Part shown: piece by piece, positions 26,066 through 36,476 of the stretch | Position numbering within the stretch: the first letter of the stretch is position 1 | How the letters are laid out: each line of letters opens with the position of its first letter | DNA from: a virus | IMG/VR virus record: IMGVR_UViG_3300025098_000014 | Direction: 5' to 3' (one strand) | DNA: 64,000 nucleotides | Notes under the pieces: model-generated | Seen by the model: the letters and a program-made list of their open reading frames with translations, nothing else | What the model was told of the DNA's origin: nothing | Database searches by the model: none | Program-made: the position numbers and the translations under genes

Positions 26066-28203
26066 TACACACCCTCACTAGATGGAATTGAACGAACACA
26101 ATCGATTGCAGAAATAATTCCGACTTGACCAGTTCCTGTTGGAATTTTTCCAAATCCTGCTTTAAGAATTGCTCCAGATCCAGTTTCACTTAAAATTCTG
26201 AATTCTGGTAAGGTTTCATCAAATCTTAAAATATTTAGAACCTTAACTTCAAGTATACCACCATTATCATCAGTAACAATATCATAAATTGGTGATGGAG
26301 TTCCAATTCCAATAGGAGTATCTTTACCATCTTCAAAAGTATACTCTGGTCCCTCAGGAAGATTGATGAATACTAGTCCATCATCAGATACACCAGGAAT
26401 TGTAACTCGGTCTCTTCCTGGTACATATCCAGATCCAGGATTGGTAACAATAACCCTAGTGATTCCATCATTATTTGGATTATCTTCAGTTGGTCTTTCT
26501 GGATATGACTCTCCAGTTGTAAGCATGACAATTTCAATAACTTGATCATTATTTTCTCCACCAAGAATGGCTTGTCCTACTGCACCATATCCAAGATTAC
26601 ATTTATCTCTGAAGTTGACAATAGGCGGGAATCGATATCCAGACCCAGTATTCTTCATCTTAGCACCAATAATACTACCAGTTCTTTGAACACCAGCAAG
26701 AACTCCACCGAGTCCGGCATTTTCTACAAAATATCCCATAACAACTTCCGCAGCTGCACCAACACCACCACCGCCAAAGATTTCGACATAAGGTCCAGTA
26801 CAGTTTCTAGGAGGACCACCATAACATCCACCAGGAATAACACTGTTAGCAGCAGTTTCGCCTAGTAATTCACCGTCACCAAAGATATCCCATTTACCCC
26901 ATTTTCGTTCAAAATCATTAGTAAGATTTGCTGCACCTTTAGAAATTTTCAGCGCATCCATTACATATTCAAAAGGATCCTCTCCCTTTTCCTTACTAGT
27001 ACCGCCAACGACATATTCTTTATCTTGCGGACACTTGCCTTTATTTGATTGATTACAATCAAGGAATGATGCAACAGTATTGAGATTACTAGCTGCACTG
27101 GATAAGAAATCTGCAATTTGGAATCCAGGAGCAATAATTTTAGCAACACCTTCAAGAGGACCTACCATCAAATCTGCAATTTGATCAATTATTGCACCAA
27201 CAAATGCACCAGTAAACTGTGCTCCCTGACATCCAGCATATTCCCTTCCACTATTAATCATATCCATCAAAAGATCTTCAATAGTGCCAGACAGAGCTTC
27301 TACAGCTTTATTTGCAACACAACCAATTGCTTCTTGTAAGAATTTTGATGGACCAAGCATTGCTGTCTGTGCAGCAACACCAGCAAGGTGTGCAATGGTA
27401 GCAGATCCAGTTGATGCTAATACTTTAGAAAAAACCGCTGCATATAAAGCCTTCAATCCAGTTTGACCTAATGTTTCTAGTTTATCAAATAACTTTTCAA
27501 TCATTGTACCAACAAATCTGTTGGCCTGAACTTCAATAATATCTGCTGCTAACCTAACTTCATTAGCAAGATTAGTGCCAGCAAGTGTGAGATTTTCTAC
27601 TTTACTTGCTAAGTTCTCAACAACATTTGCCATCTCACTAATAGGATTAGTTTGGCAAGTATCAGCAGTTAATACTTTAGTCCCATTACCAGCATTATCT
27701 GGTTTTTTTGTTTTTGTTGAAGTATTAGGTGTTGGTTGAGTTGCTTTGTTTTGTTCGTTAGTTTCATCCTTTGGAACTCTGGCACTTTCAGGTGTATTAG
27801 AGCCATATGAACCATATGGTGCGAAAGGTGATTTATACTCTCCACTTTCTACAAAAGATGTTCTAGGAAAAGTTCCTAAAATCAAGGGTTGTTGTCCTTC
27901 CTCATCCAGAAAGAATCCAAAAACAACATCTCCCTGTTGAACTAGGGTTGATTGTGCATAATTTGCCCCACCTGCACCAGAAGTTGTTGGGAGAGCAAGT
28001 ATAGCATAAGGTAGATTTTTATTATCAATATCTTCGTTATATGGGTGACAACCCATGATACGAACTTTGCACCTGTTACCCCACCCTTCACCCTTTACAA
28101 GCTGTTCTTCCTGTGCATCATCAGGAGCAACTTGTCCGATAAAGGCTCTAAGTGTACCTAGTCCAAAATAACTAGTAAGTGGGAAATCAGGAATTTTTGA
28201 CAT
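26065..28203 (-). CDS. gp5: baseplate hub protein with gp5-like N-terminal OB-fold
   Basis: RCKVRIMG.H...LP.A...P...V.GFFLD...QQP.I.G motif. Confidence 0.8.
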   Translation of the reverse strand: MSKIPDFPLTSYFGLGTLRAFIGQVAPDDAQEEQLVKGEGWGNRCKVRIMGCHPYNEDIDNKNLPYAILALPTTSGAGGANYAQSTLVQQGDVVFGFFLDEEGQQPLILGTFPRTSFVESGEYKSPFAPYGSYGSNTPESARVPKDETNEQNKATQPTPNTSTKTKKPDNAGNGTKVLTADTCQTNPISEMANVVENLASKVENLTLAGTNLANEVRLAADIIEVQANRFVGTMIEKLFDKLETLGQTGLKALYAAVFSKVLASTGSATIAHLAGVAAQTAMLGPSKFLQEAIGCVANKAVEALSGTIEDLLMDMINSGREYAGCQGAQFTGAFVGAIIDQIADLMVGPLEGVAKIIAPGFQIADFLSSAASNLNTVASFLDCNQSNKGKCPQDKEYVVGGTSKEKGEDPFEYVMDALKISKGAANLTNDFERKWGKWDIFGDGELLGETAANSVIPGGCYGGPPRNCTGPYVEIFGGGGVGAAAEVVMGYFVENAGLGGVLAGVQRTGSIIGAKMKNTGSGYRFPPIVNFRDKCNLGYGAVGQAILGGENNDQVIEIVMLTTGESYPERPTEDNPNNDGITRVIVTNPGSGYVPGRDRVTIPGVSDDGLVFINLPEGPEYTFEDGKDTPIGIGTPSPIYDIVTDDNGGILEVKVLNILRFDETLPEFRILSETGSGAILKAGFGKIPTGTGQVGIISAIDCVRSIPSSEGV

Positions 28204-28430
28204 TAGTCTTCATATACTCTACATTCATCTGCTTCAGGTTCCATCTCACAATAGAGTTCTAATGCTGTGGGATCATGATGATCACCTGCTTCAATATCTT
28301 TTTCGTGATTTTTAGCATAAAATTCTAATTCTTGAAGTTCTCCTTCAATATGACGCCGCTGTTGTGGAGATGTGGATGAATCATCCAAAATCTCTTTATC
28401 TTTTTGGATGTGAGCTTCGATACTTTCCAT
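28203..28430 (-). CDS. cp12: CP12 Calvin-cycle inhibitor
   Basis: C-terminal LELYCEMEPEADECRVYED; HIQKDKEIL...SPQQRRH N-terminus typical of phage CP12. Confidence 0.9.
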   Translation of the reverse strand: MESIEAHIQKDKEILDDSSTSPQQRRHIEGELQELEFYAKNHEKDIEAGDHHDPTALELYCEMEPEADECRVYED

Positions 28431-29750
28431 TTAACTTTTTGTTTTAATTCCGTGTGAGTCTCTTACTACCCTCATAGAGGTGTATGATTTTGTGGGAAGA
28501 AACTTATGAGTAATTTCCCTAATAATATATAGACCACTTATTTTACGGTCTATTTCAGGAGTTTCCCTGAAATCGTTAACTTTAGGAAATTCTAGATATA
28601 CTGGATCTCCAGCACATAAATTTGTATTAACTGGAACTAAAATATTGAGATCTATGTTAGTGAAAGAACTATATCTAGCTGCTGATTGTGCCTGATCCTG
28701 ATATGGATTGTAATTGAACTCTGTGGAGACACCAACATCTAGAGTACCAACATTAGCCACTCCAGAAAGAACTCTAGGAGCCCATTGTGTTGCATTAATA
28801 TTTTCTGGATCTGCAACAGCAGCTGGTTTTTCTACTTCTCCTAGTAGATTTTTAAAATCAGGTGTAAATAATGACTCGTTTGGTTGAGTGAAAGAAAAAT
28901 CTAGTGGATTAAAGAAAATTCGATACGATGATTTCTCTCCTTCATTAAGAGACCTACGAAGATCAGCACTTTTATTTACTTGGACAGTTAAAATAGTTGT
29001 AGCACTTTCTCCCTGATTTTCATATGGGTTACTCATCGTCTCCCTATAATAATATTTTTGTGCAGACTTTTCACTCTCCTTAGCAAATTTTATTAATCCA
29101 TCAATTGATTTAAAAACAAATCCTCGTTTTGTTTGCCAAAAGAAAAATCCTGCAGATTTACTTTTAGCTCCAACTGGAACTGCATGTTTTGATAATAACA
29201 CAGCCCATGTTAATGGGTGTTTCATATTACCGGTAAATGGAAATGCGTTCTCAGTTTTTTCTAAGTCAACAGGTTGTAAAGGTTCCAAAAGACCTATAAT
29301 CTGTTCAATAGTTTTATCGATGGTTGGATCAGTATACTTACGGGAAATTCTAGTTTGCTCATTTGTAATACCTTCTCTTGATACTAAATGTAGTATAAAA
29401 TGCTCTGATCTTTTGTCAGTAGCATAACTTAGTATTTTATCAACATACATTACATAATCAAAAGGTTCAGATTTTCCTGCAAAGTTATCGAATGGGGTTT
29501 TAATTTGGAAGTGGATTCTTTCTCCACCACGAATTGGTAATCCATTAAAGACTCCTTGAAGATCACCATCCGGTCCTTTGACAGTATTTCCAGTATTAGC
29601 AACTTCAATTATTGCCGTTGTTATTGGCGAATATAAGTTTTCAAAATATTGAAAATCAATAACACCACCAATAATAGATACGGTCTTTTTTCCGTCTTTT
29701 GAGGTAATATTAAATTTTGTATAAACTGATGGTCCAGTTAAAGCAGACAT
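28431..29750 (-). CDS. baseplate hub protein (gp27-like position)
   Basis: YFENLYSP, GFFFWQT.RGF.FKSID and SG.YII..ITH.F motifs; baseplate context. Confidence 0.6.
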   Translation of the reverse strand: MSALTGPSVYTKFNITSKDGKKTVSIIGGVIDFQYFENLYSPITTAIIEVANTGNTVKGPDGDLQGVFNGLPIRGGERIHFQIKTPFDNFAGKSEPFDYVMYVDKILSYATDKRSEHFILHLVSREGITNEQTRISRKYTDPTIDKTIEQIIGLLEPLQPVDLEKTENAFPFTGNMKHPLTWAVLLSKHAVPVGAKSKSAGFFFWQTKRGFVFKSIDGLIKFAKESEKSAQKYYYRETMSNPYENQGESATTILTVQVNKSADLRRSLNEGEKSSYRIFFNPLDFSFTQPNESLFTPDFKNLLGEVEKPAAVADPENINATQWAPRVLSGVANVGTLDVGVSTEFNYNPYQDQAQSAARYSSFTNIDLNILVPVNTNLCAGDPVYLEFPKVNDFRETPEIDRKISGLYIIREITHKFLPTKSYTSMRVVRDSHGIKTKS

Positions 29751-31315
29751 TATGAATACCTATACTTTAGATCTTTCATAATATCAATATAATCTCCACC
29801 ACCTGACTCGTATACATTACTGCCCATGTTTTGATTATCTTCAGATTCGCTATTTACAGATGATGATCCACCCTTAATATTTAGAGATGCAACTGAGAAT
29901 GGAACCATTATTGGTTCTGATTGCACAGTTTCATAAGATGGCATTACTGATGGTATTTTTTGCATACCATCTAAAGATGAGACAAGCCTCTTAGGAGGAG
30001 CAACAACTTCTCCAGTAAAGGGGGCAGTGCCAGGGAATCCATATTCCATGGGATTAATTGCATTCTTTCTAGGATATCCAGTAATACCTTCTGCTTTACC
30101 AAGTTCCCAATGCAAGTGTGGTCCACTAGATCTTCCAGTTGATCCTACTCTACCAATAATATCGCCTGGTTTTACTTTATCATTCTTCTGATATGGAGAC
30201 TGTTCCAACATGTGTCCATAAAAATGCTCCAGTCCATTTGCATCCACGAACACAACATAGTTACCATAGCTCTTTTCAAACCCCTTATCAGTGATAGTAG
30301 AATCTGAGGGAACCGTGAGCGCAGAACCAGACTCCGCAGGAATATCTAATCCCATATGACCTCGCCCAGCACCAATACCATCTCCTAGAGCATATCCAGG
30401 AGGTTTTTTCCCAGTATCTTGAAATATTAATCCAGATGTTTGTGGTTGTACTCCAGGAGAAGGTTGTTGGCGAGTTGTTGGTGCCTGTCTTGTCTCAGCA
30501 GGAGGTGAAGGAGGAAGAGTAGTTGGAGGCTGCATAATAGTCTCTACTTGCTGATTGTACTCTTGTTGAGTAATTTCTCCCCTATCTAGTTTTTCCTTAG
30601 CTTCTGCAATTTGAGACTGTTGATTAACACTTCGTCCAGTAGGTATTGCAGGTGTTGTTGGCATAGGATCTAATCCTAGTTTTTGTCTAGCATCAGCAAT
30701 TTCTCTTTCACTCTGTGATTTTAAATCCTCAAAATCTCTAATAGTATCATTAAATGTTTTGTCAACATCTAGTTGAAGTTGTGAGAAATCTTTAGTTAAC
30801 TCTTCAAACTCTCGTGTAACTTCCCGTTCACTTGTAAATATTTTTCCAGATATTAAATCTCTGCTTAGTGCAGCAGCCGTATCCTTAAGACTTTGTAAGA
30901 CATTTCCAATGCTACTGACGACTGTAACAATATTATCATACAAATTAGTAACGAACTGAGTTACATCCTCAACAATTACAATAATTTTTGGGAGATTTGC
31001 TAATAACCAATCAAGAAGAATCCAACCAGCTGCTTTCAGTAACCCAGAAAATATACTCTTAGATCCTTTGATGGCAGAAGAAATTCCACCTTTAATAAAA
31101 TTCTGAGGTTTTTTTGCCTCTACAATTTTCTCTGCATCTTTTGTTCTTGCAGTATCAACTTCTAATCTGTCAAGACTTAACTTAGTCGTTTCTCTTTGTT
31201 TATCTTTTCTAATCTCCTTACCTAAAGACTTCCTAAGACCTTGAGTGGTCTGCCTAATAGAAAGCAGACCTACATCAACAATATTTAATGCCTCATTAGT
31301 AGGAATTAATTTCAT
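29750..31315 (-). CDS. tail/baseplate protein with M23 peptidase domain
   Basis: HMGLD, YGNYV, YGHM and GSTGRSSGPHLH motifs. Confidence 0.85.
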   Translation of the reverse strand: MKLIPTNEALNIVDVGLLSIRQTTQGLRKSLGKEIRKDKQRETTKLSLDRLEVDTARTKDAEKIVEAKKPQNFIKGGISSAIKGSKSIFSGLLKAAGWILLDWLLANLPKIIVIVEDVTQFVTNLYDNIVTVVSSIGNVLQSLKDTAAALSRDLISGKIFTSEREVTREFEELTKDFSQLQLDVDKTFNDTIRDFEDLKSQSEREIADARQKLGLDPMPTTPAIPTGRSVNQQSQIAEAKEKLDRGEITQQEYNQQVETIMQPPTTLPPSPPAETRQAPTTRQQPSPGVQPQTSGLIFQDTGKKPPGYALGDGIGAGRGHMGLDIPAESGSALTVPSDSTITDKGFEKSYGNYVVFVDANGLEHFYGHMLEQSPYQKNDKVKPGDIIGRVGSTGRSSGPHLHWELGKAEGITGYPRKNAINPMEYGFPGTAPFTGEVVAPPKRLVSSLDGMQKIPSVMPSYETVQSEPIMVPFSVASLNIKGGSSSVNSESEDNQNMGSNVYESGGGDYIDIMKDLKYRYS

Positions 31316-32985
31316 TATCCGTATGTTATTTTAGTAAAACCAAGATGATCATTAAGAGGATCAGATGTAACTATAGAAGGATATGCTGTGGCAGTTGGTG
31401 TCGATGGATTTAGTTCTTCTCCCTCAGAACCACGATCATCGATTGGCATAACAACAACATTAGGTACAGATGTTATCTGCCCCTCTACATTAAATGGAGC
31501 CCTACTAACTGGCTCAAGTGTATAAGGTGTATTATTTAATGGTATAACTTGCGGTTTTGTTATATTTGTTGGTTGATTCGATTGTGGCATCTGTTGCACA
31601 GGAGGAGCAACAGTAGATGCAGGAGGAGCACTACTAGTAGGTGGAGAAGGTGGTGTGTATTTACCTAAAGACATATCCAACATCTGTTTAATAGCGTCCA
31701 GTCCCTTTAATCTTTCAGGATCTGGGGGTCCCTGTCTAAGAGCTCCAGTATTTCTAAACATATCATGATCTACTCGCGATATTCTTGCATCAAGATAAGA
31801 TCTCGCATCATTATCCAAACCATTTCGCAGATTTTGGATATACTTCATACTTTTCGTCATTCTTGAATGAAGATCATCCACATTATCTTCTAAAGCATCA
31901 TACTTTAACTTATCTTCCGCAGATAATTCTCCATATAACTTACCACCACGAAGCATCATATCAAGTTTTCTCTGTCCTATTTCATGTTCCTTTTGATAAC
32001 CTGACAATGTGCCAAGAGCAGCAGAAACATTGTTCATAACCTTCTTCTCTGCATCAGAGAGAGATTCTGCAGTATACTTGTCAAATTCTCCGTCTTCAAT
32101 TGACTTTATATTTTGCTCAATTTCATTAAGTTCCGATCCTACATTAGAGAAAGTTCTAGCAATTATGTTATTCTCCAATCCAGGATTTTTTTCTAGTAAC
32201 TTTTCTCTCCTTCTTCGGTACTCTTCAAGAGCTGCGTCTTTACCTTTATCCGAAACTTTATCAATAACTCCCTGAGTGTACTCCTCATAACTACCACGAC
32301 CAGTACCATCTGGACCAGATCTATCAAGAATATCGTAAAGTTTCATCCCAAGTCCTGCCGCCACGGCACCTAGCAGTAGATATGGGTTTGACAATAATCC
32401 CAAAATCTTTGGAATATTTAACAGCATTGATGTAAGAACACCACTAATTACCCCAGTGATTGCACCAATACCACCATTCAAAGCAAGTGCAATACCACCA
32501 GCAATTGCTAATCCTTTGATAATATCATTCTTTATCTTTTCAAAAGCATCATTATCACCTTCTGACCATGCTTCTAAAGCATCTAATCCTTTTATTCCTA
32601 ACCACCCTAAAAACAATGTCTCAAGGGCTTTCATAAATCCACCAAAAGGACCCATTGCTTTTTTCTTTAAAGCCTGAATTGGTTTAACTAAACCAGCCTT
32701 AATAGAAGACTCAATAAAATTTTCTTTTGTACCTTTTTTAAGACTATCTGCAGATTCTCTCTTTTGCTTTATCTCTCTCTTATCTTCCTGAGCATCTTGA
32801 GCGTTTCTACCACCAATTAAATCTGCAATTGCACCCAAATTTCTTTGGATTGCGAAAATATTTTTATTTAATGAATTATATTGCTTGACAGTCAGATTCC
32901 CTTCAGGAACTCCAGGATTATCTACCCTACCTTCTGGAGTTCCTTCTTTTCCTGGTGGAAGTAATTTAGTGGGATCAATAACCAT
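31315..32985 (-). CDS. baseplate hub / tail-length determinant-like protein
   Basis: Helical coiled-coil and hydrophobic segments; follows gp51 and gp26. Confidence 0.55.
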   Translation of the reverse strand: MVIDPTKLLPPGKEGTPEGRVDNPGVPEGNLTVKQYNSLNKNIFAIQRNLGAIADLIGGRNAQDAQEDKREIKQKRESADSLKKGTKENFIESSIKAGLVKPIQALKKKAMGPFGGFMKALETLFLGWLGIKGLDALEAWSEGDNDAFEKIKNDIIKGLAIAGGIALALNGGIGAITGVISGVLTSMLLNIPKILGLLSNPYLLLGAVAAGLGMKLYDILDRSGPDGTGRGSYEEYTQGVIDKVSDKGKDAALEEYRRRREKLLEKNPGLENNIIARTFSNVGSELNEIEQNIKSIEDGEFDKYTAESLSDAEKKVMNNVSAALGTLSGYQKEHEIGQRKLDMMLRGGKLYGELSAEDKLKYDALEDNVDDLHSRMTKSMKYIQNLRNGLDNDARSYLDARISRVDHDMFRNTGALRQGPPDPERLKGLDAIKQMLDMSLGKYTPPSPPTSSAPPASTVAPPVQQMPQSNQPTNITKPQVIPLNNTPYTLEPVSRAPFNVEGQITSVPNVVVMPIDDRGSEGEELNPSTPTATAYPSIVTSDPLNDHLGFTKITYG

Positions 32986-33154
32986 TAGATTGCTGTGCCT
33001 TTAAATTTTGTTCCTCAATAAATGATTCTAACAAACTAAGGTAAATGTCCCTTTCCCAAGGGATCATATTTTCAATATCACTCAAGGAGTATTTATGATG
33101 CTGCATGAGGGCAAAGTTTATCTTGTAATAAGCAACGATATCCTCATGCAACAT
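32975..33154 (-). CDS. gp51: baseplate hub assembly catalyst
   Basis: Manual translation MLHEDIVAYYKINFALMQHHKYSLSDIENMIPWERDIY...; not in the ORF track. Confidence 0.85.
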   Translation of the reverse strand: MLHEDIVAYYKINFALMQHHKYSLSDIENMIPWERDIYLSLLESFIEEQNLKAQQSNGY

Positions 33155-33156
33155 CG

Positions 33157-33870
33157 CTAGCTGAAAAAAGAGGCTAATCCCTCAAGTACAATCTCATTCT
33201 CTACACCAGTTTCAGGATTTTCAAACTTAACCGTATGAGAAAGTTTTGGCATTGTATTAAAGAAAGTTTCAATCTCTTTGAATTGAGAAGAACTTAACTG
33301 ATCAACAAACTCAAGCCACTCTTTCTTAGAAGAGTCTTTAGATTCCCAAGTTTCTTCATCAGAGTAAATCATCTCAATACATGATGCAATAACATCAAAT
33401 GATTTTTGAAGATCAACTCCATCACCAAAGTTTTGAGAGATAAACTCACTAAGTGATGGATACTTCAACCTAAGAGTCAATACATCATCAAGTTTAACAT
33501 CACGCTTGTGATCTGGATCATCAATAACTTTAATTTCATCGATAAAGACTGTCAGAGGTACTTTAGTTTTACCATCGTCTTGACATGTCACAAGAACATC
33601 AATAGATTCTCCTACAGACTTACCCCGAACATTGAGGAAAAGATATTCAATATCAAATGTAGCAAGTTCCTCTACCTTTACTCCACGGGTGATAATACAT
33701 GCACTAAGAACATCTTTAATTGCTCTTGCAATCTGTTCAATTTCTTCACTCTCCATAGCTAGAACAAGAACTTTTTCTTCTTTAACTAGAAATGGACGAT
33801 ACTTGATTTTTTTCTTTGTGGACGGAATAACCAACTCAAATGTCGGAGTTGCAATTTTTGGTAAAGACAT
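33157..33870 (-). CDS. gp26: baseplate hub subunit
   Basis: MSLPK..P, YRPFLVKEEK.L, FD.EY.FL..R..SVGE and LEGL..FF motifs. Confidence 0.92.
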   Translation of the reverse strand: MSLPKIATPTFELVIPSTKKKIKYRPFLVKEEKVLVLAMESEEIEQIARAIKDVLSACIITRGVKVEELATFDIEYLFLNVRGKSVGESIDVLVTCQDDGKTKVPLTVFIDEIKVIDDPDHKRDVKLDDVLTLRLKYPSLSEFISQNFGDGVDLQKSFDVIASCIEMIYSDEETWESKDSSKKEWLEFVDQLSSSQFKEIETFFNTMPKLSHTVKFENPETGVENEIVLEGLASFFS

Positions 33871-33889
33871 AATGTTTTATCAGTAAATT

Positions 33890-33896
33890 TATTTAG
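33890..33896 (-). promoter_or_regulatory. late promoter
   Basis: CTAAATA upstream of gp26. Confidence 0.6.
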
Positions 33897-34765
33897 ATGG
33901 GTACACCTGTGGCAGAATCACGAGGTACAAAGTCACTGCCTGGTCCATAGGTGTTCCCAAAATTGCTGTTGGTGCCATTTCCACCATTTTCAAATTGTGG
34001 AAAAGTCCACTGTTCTTGGCGTGGAGGTGGGTTGTTAGTCGCAGGTGGGATGGGCCCTGTTTTTTCAATTGTTTGTCCATCCCCTCGTGGCCTTGAACTA
34101 TACTCTCTGTTTCCAGATGCAGGTTGGTCACTCTTGGTAGTCCTCTCTAAACTTCTAATACTGCCAAGAACATAACGATCATATGCGAATGTAACAGAAA
34201 TTTCTAATACTCGATTATTAGCATAATCTACTGCACTAGGAACGATATTAACAGGAAATGCATTAATAAAGGTATACTCAAGTTTTTGAAAATGATCTTT
34301 ATCAAATTTAGTCAGACCCATTTGACTACACTTATATGTGTCTGGGTATAGCATCCTATTATAAAATGCCTTTTTATCTTGACTCACTTCGCCACCACTT
34401 GCAATAAATTCTTGCCATAATTGGAAAAATTTCATTACTTTATATCCTTTATCCACAATAAATGTGAATGTAGTATCAGTAAAAATTCTTGTATGAGCAT
34501 ACTTCTGGACAACGCCCATGTAGTTGCCCTTTATTTGTGCAGTAGCAAAAGTAGCACCAGGAAGTTCTGCACCCTTACACAAAAGATTCAGTTCTCTAGT
34601 TAGAAAATATGTTGATAATAATGGTTCTCTTTTTTGAACAAAATCTATTAAAGAACCAGGAAAAGCCAGGAGTTGAAACTCAAAATGATTAGTTGTCGCA
34701 ACATTTGTGAACAACGATCTAATATCTTCAGTAGCTCTCTTCCTGGGGTAATTTCTTCGTGGCAC
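33893..34765 (-). CDS. tail tube-like / baseplate tail-tube initiator (gp19/gp54 family)
   Basis: C..AELPG, F..WQ, Y...NAFP and V.F.Y motifs. Confidence 0.7.
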   Translation of the reverse strand: MPRRNYPRKRATEDIRSLFTNVATTNHFEFQLLAFPGSLIDFVQKREPLLSTYFLTRELNLLCKGAELPGATFATAQIKGNYMGVVQKYAHTRIFTDTTFTFIVDKGYKVMKFFQLWQEFIASGGEVSQDKKAFYNRMLYPDTYKCSQMGLTKFDKDHFQKLEYTFINAFPVNIVPSAVDYANNRVLEISVTFAYDRYVLGSIRSLERTTKSDQPASGNREYSSRPRGDGQTIEKTGPIPPATNNPPPRQEQWTFPQFENGGNGTNSNFGNTYGPGSDFVPRDSATGVPI

Positions 34766-34766
34766 G

Positions 34767-34773
34767 CTAAATA
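34767..34773 (+). promoter_or_regulatory. late promoter
   Basis: CTAAATA upstream of gp4. Confidence 0.6.
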
Positions 34774-34794
34774 CCTTAGGTTAAATTTTTTATA

Positions 34795-35229
34795 ATGGCA
34801 TATAAAGGTAGATTTCAACCTAGCAATATTGAAAAATATCGAGGAGACCATCGCAGTATTATTTATCGCAGTTTATGGGAACGAAAGTTCATGGTTTACT
34901 GTGATAGAAATGAAAACATCCTTGAGTGGGGTAGTGAAGAAATCATTATACCATACAGATCCCCATTAGATGGTAGAATCCACAGATACTTTCCTGACTT
35001 CTATATTAAAGTTCGTGAGGACAACGGAAGTATTCAAAGATATATTATAGAAGTAAAACCAAAGAAGCAGTGTATTGAACCAAAGGTACAAAAGCAACGA
35101 ACTAAGACTTATATCCGTGAAGTTGCTGAGTATGCTAAGAACCAAGCGAAGTGGAAAGCTGCTAGTGAATATTGTAAAGATAGATTATTTCAATTTAAAA
35201 TTTTAACGGAAGACAATCTAGGTGTATGA
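34795..35229 (+). CDS. gp4: head completion nuclease
   Basis: YKG.F.P.N..KY.GD, YRSLWE, HRYFPDF, EVKP and N.AKW.AA motifs. Confidence 0.93.
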   Translation: MAYKGRFQPSNIEKYRGDHRSIIYRSLWERKFMVYCDRNENILEWGSEEIIIPYRSPLDGRIHRYFPDFYIKVREDNGSIQRYIIEVKPKKQCIEPKVQKQRTKTYIREVAEYAKNQAKWKAASEYCKDRLFQFKILTEDNLGV

Positions 35230-35573
35230 GTAGGTTACAACCAATTGTAGATAGCTTCACTGGTGTTGAAAGCCCTGATAGTATTTTTGAACAATTGATG
35301 GAAGTTCTAGATAATCTAGAAATTATTCCAGAAGGAGGAAAGTTCTATACTTTTATATACAAAGCAAAAACACCAAATATAAGATACGATGAGTTTCCAC
35401 TAATTGCTTGTACTAGCATAGACAAATGGGGATTCACTGGATTTAACTTTCATTGGAATCTAACAAGAAACTATACTTGGCAAGAGTGTCAAAGTCAGTT
35501 ATATGTTATTGAGGCTAATGAACTTGAAGATGCCAGGTCTTTATCATATGCAAAATTCAAAATGTCCTCATAA
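35226..35573 (+). CDS. gp2: DNA end protector-like protein
   Basis: YTF.Y.AKT..YD.FPL..GF.G.NFH motif; follows gp4. Confidence 0.7.
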   Translation: MSRLQPIVDSFTGVESPDSIFEQLMEVLDNLEIIPEGGKFYTFIYKAKTPNIRYDEFPLIACTSIDKWGFTGFNFHWNLTRNYTWQECQSQLYVIEANELEDARSLSYAKFKMSS

Positions 35574-35591
35574 ATAGGAAATAAAAGAAGG

Positions 35592-36476
35592 ATGGCTACT
35601 CCCAAGTTACTAAGATATCCTCTCGATATTATCGATGCTACAACAGATTATATGTATGTTGAAATATTGAAATATGTTGCTGGTGGTCTTCCAGATTTAG
35701 AGAAGCAGGGCAGTGGCAATTTGAGTACAAAAGGTACTAAAGCAACACAAAGTATAATTTTGCCTATGCCTAATTCTATTGCATCTGTCAATAGAACTGG
35801 ATGGGGTGAATCTAATATGTCTGCACTTGCTGGTGCCGGACTTAAAGTAGCAGGTATAGCTTTAGATGGTGTTACTGGTAGTGATGTAAAAGACAATAAA
35901 GCTGCTGCTACTGAAGAGATAGGAAAGTTTATGACACGCCAAGGGCGGGGACTTGTTAATTCTGGTGCTAGAGAGTTTTTAAGAGCTAGAATCCAAGCAA
36001 GTTTAGTTAATGCAGTAGCAGGAAGTTCTATTAGCACAAACGATGTCTTCGGAAGAGCTGAAGGTCAGATTGTTAATCAAAATGTCGAACTCTTATTTAA
36101 TAGTGTAAGTATCAGACCATTTGGATTTAATTGGGACTTTACTCCTAGAAATCATGACGAATCTGCTGCTGTTCTGCAAATCATAAAGTCTCTTAAAAGA
36201 GCAGCGGCCCCGAAGAGAACCGTAGGACAGAATGGATTCTTGGAAGCGCCAGATGTTTTTAGACTTACTTATAAACGAGGAACTGATGGCCAAAGATTTC
36301 TAAATAAATTTAAGATATGTGCTCTAACAAGTGTTGGAGTAGATTATACTGGATCAGGAATATATGCGACTTATCATGATGGAACTCCCGTTCATTATAG
36401 GTTGAATTTATCATTCACTGAACTCGAACCAATATATTCTGAAGATTACACCGACGCTCTCGAAGCAGGATTCTAA
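35592..36476 (+). CDS. gp48: baseplate tail-tube cap
   Basis: LRYP, I.LPMP, N.ELLF...R.F.F.W.F.PR and L.F.ELEP motifs; late promoter ATAAATA at 35570-35576. Confidence 0.88.
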   Translation: MATPKLLRYPLDIIDATTDYMYVEILKYVAGGLPDLEKQGSGNLSTKGTKATQSIILPMPNSIASVNRTGWGESNMSALAGAGLKVAGIALDGVTGSDVKDNKAAATEEIGKFMTRQGRGLVNSGAREFLRARIQASLVNAVAGSSISTNDVFGRAEGQIVNQNVELLFNSVSIRPFGFNWDFTPRNHDESAAVLQIIKSLKRAAAPKRTVGQNGFLEAPDVFRLTYKRGTDGQRFLNKFKICALTSVGVDYTGSGIYATYHDGTPVHYRLNLSFTELEPIYSEDYTDALEAGF

